DNA from: Octopus bimaculoides | Taxonomy: Eukaryota | DNA length: 64,000 nt | Assembly: GCF_001194135.2 (NCBI RefSeq) | Contig: NC_068991.1 | Location: 9,671,153-9,735,152, forward strand | Reading direction: 5' to 3' | Part shown: positions 60,900-64,000 of the stretch, piece by piece | Layout: every line of letters starts with the position of its first letter | How positions within the stretch are numbered: position 1 is the first letter of the stretch | The notes under the pieces: generated by a model | The model's database searches: none | What the model saw: the letters and a program-made list of their open reading frames with translations, nothing else | What the model was told of the DNA's origin: nothing | Made by a program: the position numbers and the translations under genes

Positions 60900-63436
60900 T
60901 ATATATATATAGTTTCTTTCTCTTATCTGACTCTATCATATTGATAGCTTGGTGAGTAGTTGTTGGTAATGGTGTTTAACCCTTGGCTGGCTTTGATTCA
61001 GGACTGGAACTACCGTAGGTTGGTTGCTAAACAACAATTCAATGAGTACAAGCCAACCAGGGAATCTCTTTACATGGTCACTTGGTTTGCTAGAAATAGC
61101 AGCCAATTATACCTAAAATCACACTCTATTGTCTAAAACATGGAAGAACATAAAAAAAAAAGGATGGTCACATCTGGAACATAGATTTGCTGGATAAGAA
61201 CCCAGGATGATGCAAGAAAGAACACATTGGATAATAGCTGGAATGCTTTTGATCATTAATCTGCTGGAACAGAACAGACTCTGGACTCAATGAATAGGGA
61301 TTAATGCCCCGCATGCTCTCTGATTCAGCTTGTTGTTTAATCTTTTAGCAGTTCTAATCCAGGAGACCTATAATCAAAGATTTTACATCTGGTGTCTGTC
61401 CTGCCTTTTATTCATACATGCATGGTGTATCTAGGACTATATTATCCAATGTGTCTTACCTTGTTTAGTCCTCGGTTACTTCTAATCCAGTTGACCTATG
61501 ATCATAGAAGTGACTCTAGGTGTGACTCTCTTTTATTCAGACATAGTGTATCTAAGCCTACATTATCTTATGTGTCCTTCCTTGTTTAGCGTTTAGTTAG
61601 TTCCAATCCAGCAGATTTATGACCGTAGGTGTTGCAGAGTAAATATAATCTTTTAGACATTGTAAATATTAAAAAAATATATCAATTTAGATATTTTAAA
61701 TATTAAAAAAATATATCAATTTAGACATTTTAAATATTAAAAAAATATATCAATTTAGACATTTTAAATATTAAAAAAATATATCAATTTAGACATTTTA
61801 AATATTAAAAAAATATATCAATTTAGACATTTTAAATATTAAAAAAATATATCATATTTTCAAATAATTTTCAAAACTCCACTGAAATCATTCTTCAGTC
61901 TTAGTCCTGTTTGGTTGTCATTGTTATTTCTGTTATTATTTGTCATTTGGTGTAATTCCTGTTTATCATTTGATATTATTTCTTTTGTTGTCATTTGCTC
62001 TCATTTCTGTTATTTGCCATATGTTCGTTGTCTGATATTTATTATTATTTCTAATTTGATAACATCCCTGTTATTATCCTGCCATATAATGTGAATAAAC
62101 TGTTTGTGAGCTAAAAATTATTTCTTCACAGGATCTGGGTGACTTGTTGCAAAAACGTGGTGCTGAGTTTGGTGTGACCACTGGAAGGAGGCGTCGAATC
62201 GGCTGGATAGATATGGTTATGCTCCGATATTCTCACATGATCAATGGATTCTCAGCGTAAGTTGGTTCTCTGTTTGACTTCAGGACGTTCAATATGGTTG
62301 TTGTGAGATGGTCCGGTATATAAAGCATTGAGCTGCATCATGCATTTAATTCTGGTGCAGATATTTTATTGCATATCATTCAATTTAATCAACCAGGTCT
62401 CCTTTCCCCACTCCTACTCCATTTCTCACTTTGTGCCTATATTAAAAGGAATTATTTTATTTTCAATTTCTTATTTCTCCTATTTGCAGTGTTGCTATTA
62501 CGAAATTGGATATTCTTGATGTTCTGAAGGAAGTCAAAATCGGAATAACTTACAAACTTGATGGTAAACCTATAGAGTCTATACCAGGTAAATATATATA
62601 TACATGTATGTGTTGTGTTCATTTGTTTTACTTAATGCCTATTTTGCTGTGTTAGTATAGCTTTGTTGTGGGTAGGTGGCATTTATCATTGCCAATCCTT
62701 GCCTGCTTTTTATACAAGAGATTTTTATATTCCAGAGGAATTCCAAAGTGCAGCGCCAGTGAATGATTCGTGGATAGAAAATATCAAAATTCATCAGTTA
62801 TAGGCGCAGGCATGGTTGTGTGGTTAAGAATCTTGCTTTGCAACCACATGGTTTCAGGTTTGGTCCCTCTACATGGAACCTTGGGGCAGCCAATGCCCTG
62901 TGAGTGAATTTGGTTGATAGAAATTATATGGTTGTCTATCATATGTGTATGTCTGGCTTTGTGTTTGTTTGTCCTCCATCTACTATTTTTCAGTCAATGT
63001 TGGTTTGTTTACATCCTTGTAACTCAACAGTTCAGCAAAATTGGCCAATAGAATAAGTATCAGACTTGAAAAAACGACAAATAGATACTGGAGTTGATCT
63101 GTTTAACCAAGTCCTTTAAGGCAGGGGCCCCAGCATCGCCACAATCCAATAACTGAAGCATGTAAAAGAAAGTTTAAAGGAGGAAATATTTCTAAAGTGG
63201 ATTATAATTCATCTGAGGTGTTCCCTTTAAGAGATATTTAGTACATTTTTTTTTTTTTTGTCTTTGTTGCTTTTATTTTCTCTCAGCATCTGATGAAGAC
63301 CTGAAGCGTGTAGAAGTAGAATATTTGACATTACCGGGATGGTTAACTTCGACGGAAAATGTTCGCAAGTTTGAAGATCTTCCTGAGAATGCACAGAAAT
63401 ATGTCCGTAAGATTGAAGAACTGTTAAATGTACCAG
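12656..63436 (+). CDS. ADSS: Adenylosuccinate synthetase, spliced model, 3'-partial: join(12656..12907,38666..38768,39847..39960,43162..43219,44324..44369,45698..45759,48651..48732,58567..58690,60662..60816,62132..62256,62490..62587,63287..63436)
   Basis: Manual splice gives one continuous frame with the family motifs [85 protein letters not shown]. All introns GT-AG with matching phases. The terminal exon (normally ..WIGVG..R) is not in the window. Confidence 0.97.
16280..16590 (-). mobile_element. Decayed RTE-clade LINE, post-RT C-terminal fragment
   Basis: Minus strand [45 protein letters not shown] resemble RTE E.WTL...D.FEMWC.RR.LRISWT / RKL.YFGH / GK..GKR.RGR. Confidence 0.7.
16829..17055. 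mobile_element. Mariner-type MITE, about 225 bp
   Basis: TIRs TA-AGAGGGGGTACTGAAAAGTTCCTGGCTTTGAGG and CCTCAAAACCAGGAACTTTTCAGCACCATCCCTTTCG-TA; TA ends. Confidence 0.85.
17092..17391 (+). mobile_element. Family D: RTE-type 3'-end repeat with (GAT)n tail
   Basis: Ends CCCATGCTA.CATGGAA.G.GGACGTTAAACGACGACGATGATGATG; homologous to 24413-25037, 42501-42790 and 52219-52562. RTE affinity is inferred from the tail type. Confidence 0.8.
17550..18320 (-). mobile_element. Decayed Tx1/L1-clade LINE, 3' part of ORF2
   Basis: Across frameshifts: [31 protein letters not shown] / [10 protein letters not shown] / [28 protein letters not shown] / LWCYVEQL. These are the P..GGLG.P.L motif and the decayed C-terminal zinc knuckle of L1/Tx1 ORF2. 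Confidence 0.75.
18758..19145 (+). mobile_element. SINE-C full-length copy with 11-bp TSD
   Basis: A-box TGGCCCAGTGG (18770-18780), B-box GGTTTCGATTC (18813-18823), (AAC)n tail, TSD ATTTTTACACA at 18747-18757 and 19146-19156. Confidence 0.93.
20255..20472 (+). mobile_element. SINE-A copy
   Basis: GGCGGCGAGATGGCAGAA head, GTTCAAATTCC B-box-like, GGCCTTGTG.CAAAATTTGAAA tail. Confidence 0.85.
20533..20750 (-). mobile_element. SINE-A copy, tail-to-tail with the previous one
   Basis: Reverse complement of the SINE-A body. Confidence 0.85.
21411..21865. repeat. Foldback-type structure: two direct and one inverted copy of an 80-100 bp unit
   Basis: Unit TTTCAGAAAAAT.GGTAT.TTTT.ATGAAATTT.C.ACAAAT.CCTTT..CAGAT at about 21411-21500 and 21571-21650; inverted at about 21764-21865. 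Confidence 0.75.
22903..23075. repeat. Near-perfect hairpin: 83-bp arms, 7-nt loop
   Basis: Arms 22903-22985 and 22993-23075, three non-Watson-Crick pairs; the right arm ends at the N gap. Confidence 0.95.
24413..25037 (-). mobile_element. Family D, longest copy (about 530 bp after removing the gap duplication)
   Basis: (CAT)n then CGTTTAACGTCCGCTTTCCATGCTAGCATGGG..; internal repeated subunits; CpGs intact. Confidence 0.85.
25225..25428 (-). mobile_element. SINE-A copy, CpG-decayed
   Basis: ATCAACCCCAAAAGG..GTCAACCATGGCAGAATTTGAAC versus ATCGACCCCGAAAGG..GTCGACCTCGGCGGAATTTGAAC in intact copies. Confidence 0.85.
26053..26281. mobile_element. piggyBac-type MITE (TTAA ends)
   Basis: TTAA-CTCTTTAGTATT..ATGCTAAAGGT-TTAA. 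Partial relatives at about 8478-8560 and 42830-42992 end in ATGCTAAAGGGTTAA. Confidence 0.75.
26470..26702. mobile_element. Degenerate hAT/Charlie-type MITE
   Basis: Right end GGTTGGGAGCCACTG followed by GTCTAAGA; left end degenerate. Confidence 0.45.
27470..27865 (-). mobile_element. Two adjacent SINE-A copies
   Basis: Two GAAAG.ATGAAAGGCAAA..GA cores about 230 bp apart, same orientation. Confidence 0.8.
28027..28312. mobile_element. piggyBac-type MITE with a subterminal 22-bp palindrome
   Basis: TTAA-CCCATTACCTCCC..GGTAGGTAATGGG-TTAA; AGTGATCTCATATGAGATCACT at 28274-28295. Confidence 0.85.
29690..30120 (+). mobile_element. Two adjacent SINE-A copies, CpG-decayed
   Basis: Two bodies each ending GGCCTTGTGCC. 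Confidence 0.75.
32580..33396 (-). mobile_element. 5'-truncated R4/Dong-clade LINE (restriction-like endonuclease C-terminus), decayed
   Basis: Minus strand: [111 protein letters not shown](fs)[29 protein letters not shown](fs)[10 protein letters not shown](fs)[16 protein letters not shown] with stop at 32644-32642. Confidence 0.9.
33399..33431. repeat. (ATT)n microsatellite, about 11 units
   Basis: Directly visible; abuts the R4/Dong 5' junction. Confidence 0.97.
38666..38768 (+). CDS. ADSS: ADSS exon 2 (103 nt): [34 protein letters not shown]
   Basis: Acceptor ctttcgttacag|, catalytic His loop, donor G|GTGAGT, phase 1. Confidence 0.97.
39095..39560 (+). repeat. Old degenerate minisatellite, roughly 45-68 bp period, 7-8 copies, in ADSS intron 2
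   Basis: Recurring CAGTACCC..CTGTCT..TATACCTGCTCATGGTACTAATTTAC..GGTCTGTA; anchors near 39103, 39163, 39228, 39271, 39338, 39399, 39467. Confidence 0.75.
39847..39960 (+). CDS. ADSS: ADSS exon 3 (114 nt): [38 protein letters not shown]
   Basis: ttgtgttacag| acceptor, GNGVV and IS.RAH motifs, G|GTAAAT donor, phase 1. Confidence 0.96.
41841..42062 (-). mobile_element. SINE-A full-length copy, relatively young
   Basis: Close to the intact form, most CpGs retained; internal duplication of CTGGTAC. Confidence 0.9.
42501..42790 (-). mobile_element. Family D copy inserted in or next to a SINE-B
   Basis: (CAT)n-CGTTTAACGTCCGCTTTCCATGCTAGCATGGG directly after the SINE-B body. Confidence 0.85.
43162..43219 (+). 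CDS. ADSS: ADSS exon 4 (58 nt): [19 protein letters not shown]
   Basis: tttattttag| acceptor, VFD.H...DG..E motif, TC|GTGAGT donor, phase 2. Confidence 0.93.
43700..43930 (+). mobile_element. Highly decayed RTE C-terminal fragment, sense to ADSS
   Basis: LERNEA..CNVSVNE..NANV and ERRLR*(fs)GHMMH resemble RTE LERNE.SM.RWMCNVS / ERRLRWYGHVM. Confidence 0.55.
44324..44369 (+). CDS. ADSS: ADSS exon 5 (46 nt): [16 protein letters not shown]
   Basis: ttctcttttag| acceptor, IMP-binding [11 protein letters not shown] motif, AAG|GTATGC donor, phase 0. Confidence 0.96.
45698..45759 (+). CDS. ADSS: ADSS exon 6 (62 nt): [20 protein letters not shown]
   Basis: Weak acceptor atgattgctag|, completes K..R.G.R..DL motif, AG|GTAAGT donor, phase 2. 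Confidence 0.93.
46366..46577. mobile_element. Tc1/mariner-type MITE with TA ends
   Basis: TA-CAGTGTGAACCGAAAGTCACGCACAAAA versus the reverse complement of the right end, TA-CAGGGTGGGCCAAAAGTCACACACCAAAA. Confidence 0.75.
48651..48732 (+). CDS. ADSS: ADSS exon 7 (82 nt): [28 protein letters not shown]
   Basis: tttccattgtag| acceptor, phase-compatible on both sides, AAG|GTTAGC donor, phase 0. Confidence 0.9.
53480..53757. mobile_element. hAT (Charlie-like) MITE, 278 bp, perfect 8-bp TSD
   Basis: TIRs CAGTGCTACTCAAA / TTTGAGAAGCACTG; TSD GTCTAGTA at 53472-53479 and 53758-53765. Confidence 0.92.
54050..54300 (-). mobile_element. RTE LINE C-terminal fragment
   Basis: [45 protein letters not shown] matches RTE ..GIR..VQERRLRWYGHVMRM.E....K.....VEG..GRGRP. 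Confidence 0.85.
54618..55018 (-). mobile_element. RTE LINE reverse-transcriptase domain fragment, inactivated
   Basis: [49 protein letters not shown](fs)..LLYADG; stops and frameshifts present; YADD changed to YADG. Confidence 0.9.
55426..56224. repeat. 289-bp inverted repeat flanking an assembly gap
   Basis: Arms 55426-55714 and 55936-56224; I count five mismatches; gap 55715-55902. Confidence 0.92.
57240..57600 (-). mobile_element. Probable decayed RTE 3' end
   Basis: Minus strand [27 protein letters not shown] followed by a TAAG-type tail; weak similarity only. Confidence 0.4.
58100..58250 (-). mobile_element. Penelope-like terminal remnant with a decayed minimal hammerhead core
   Basis: CTGAAGA-A-GGCTG-loop-CAGCC-AAGATG on the minus strand (58180-58147); flanked by an imperfect 25-bp inverted repeat. 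Confidence 0.45.
58567..58690 (+). CDS. ADSS: ADSS exon 8 (124 nt): [41 protein letters not shown]
   Basis: ctcttcttttag| acceptor, EGA...LDIDFG motif, G|GTAAGT donor, phase 1. Confidence 0.96.
59368..59520 (-). mobile_element. SINE-C 3' half, CpG-decayed
   Basis: GAGGGTTCCAGTTGATCTGATCAACAGAACAGCCTGCTCGTGAAATTAACGTGCAAG.. Confidence 0.85.
60662..60816 (+). CDS. ADSS: ADSS exon 9 (155 nt): [52 protein letters not shown]
   Basis: ctgttttag| acceptor, YP.VTSSN and TRVG..FPTE motifs, GAT|GTGAGT donor, phase 0. Confidence 0.97.
61652..61854 (+). repeat. 34-bp AT-rich minisatellite, 6 copies (AAATATTAAAAAAATATATCAATTTAGACATTTT)
   Basis: Unit starts at 61664, 61698, 61732, 61766, 61800 and 61834; no spacers. 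Confidence 0.97.
62132..62256 (+). CDS. ADSS: ADSS exon 10 (125 nt): [41 protein letters not shown]
   Basis: tttcttcacag| acceptor, aspartate-binding [10 protein letters not shown] loop, GC|GTAAGT donor, phase 2. Confidence 0.97.
62490..62587 (+). CDS. ADSS: ADSS exon 11 (98 nt): [33 protein letters not shown]
   Basis: ctcctatttgcag| acceptor, guanine-specificity TKLD motif, CAG|GTAAAT donor, phase 1. Confidence 0.97.
62802..63170 (+). mobile_element. SINE-B full-length copy, CpG-decayed, in ADSS intron 11
   Basis: AGGCGCAGGCATGGTTGTGTGG head and CCCCAGCAT.GCCACA..ACTGAAGCA.GTAAAAGA tail. Confidence 0.85.
63287..63436 (+). CDS. ADSS: ADSS exon 12 (150 nt): [50 protein letters not shown]
   Basis: ttttctctcag| acceptor, LPGW and F..LP.NA..YV..IE motifs, CAG|GTAAGA donor, phase 1. 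Confidence 0.97.
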
Positions 63437-63589
63437 GTAAGAATGGCAGATATGATATCTTAATCTTTTTTTTTTTGTTGTTTTCTATCACTTCCCTCTT
63501 ATTCCTTAGTAAAGTTTAAAAAAAAAATATAGCTGAATAGATTTACTACTAAATATCTAAGTATATTCGGACAATGAGCTGCCTAAATA

Positions 63590-64000
63590 TATTTCCTTAT
63601 TGTCCACAAGGGGCTAAACATAGAGGGGACAAACAAGGACAGACAAAGGGATTAAGTCGATTACATTGAACCCAGTGCATAACTGGTACTTATTTAATCG
63701 ACCCCGAAAGGATGAAAGGCAAAGTTGACCTCAGCAGAATTTGAACTCAGAACGTAACAGCAGACAAAATTCCACTAAGCATTTTGCCCGGCATGCTAAC
63801 GATTCTTATTTCTTTACTGCCCACAAGGGGCTACACACAGAAGGGACGAACAAGGACAGACAAAGGGATTAAGTCGATTACATCGAACCCAGTGCATAAC
63901 TGGTACTTATTTAATCGACCCTGAAAGGATGAAAGGCAAAGTTGACTTCAGCAGAATTTGAACTCAGAACGTAACAGCAGACGAAATACCACTAAGTATT
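63590..64000 (-). mobile_element. SINE-A head-to-tail dimer, about 216-bp period, second copy cut by the window end
   Basis: Two near-identical units starting near 63591 and 63807. Confidence 0.92.

Noticed and set aside
61652-61854. 34-bp repeat as a CRISPR array
   Set aside because: Units are contiguous with no spacers and lie inside an intron.
12656-63436. Horizontal transfer of bacterial purA, suggested by GTQWG, EGAQ and GRRRR
   Set aside because: Most intron positions and phases appear shared with vertebrate ADSS, and the DIDFG and [13 protein letters not shown] segments are eukaryote-type.

Overview
Animal genomic DNA from a draft assembly: AT-rich, dense in microsatellites, with 10 N-gaps. 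The repeat families look like those of octopus, which is my recognition rather than a search result. The one firm gene is adenylosuccinate synthetase (ADSS/PurA family) on the + strand. I assembled 12 coding exons by hand, all GT-AG with compatible phases (1369 nt, 456 codons plus 1 nt). The last exon lies beyond the window; intron 1 is about 25.8 kb and intron 7 about 9.8 kb. The rest is introns and upstream DNA holding three tRNA-type SINE families (my labels A, B, C), an RTE-tail repeat (D), decayed LINEs (RTE, Tx1/L1, R4/Dong), mariner relics, piggyBac/hAT/Tc1-type MITEs, minisatellites and long inverted repeats. There is no CRISPR array, no intact transposase or reverse transcriptase, and no real tRNA or rRNA gene. 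I cannot demonstrate a new biological system. The best lead is a hypothesis: a promoter-like element near 24.1 kb in ADSS intron 1 may start a nested antisense transcript, and it sits at the point where CpG-intact sequence gives way to CpG-decayed (historically methylated) sequence. Other leads are an R4/Dong LINE abutting a (TAA)n tract, decayed Penelope-type hammerhead cores, SINE-into-SINE junctions, and intronic hairpins that could be A-to-I editing substrates. SINE and LINE boundaries are approximate; exon, TSD and hairpin coordinates were counted by hand.
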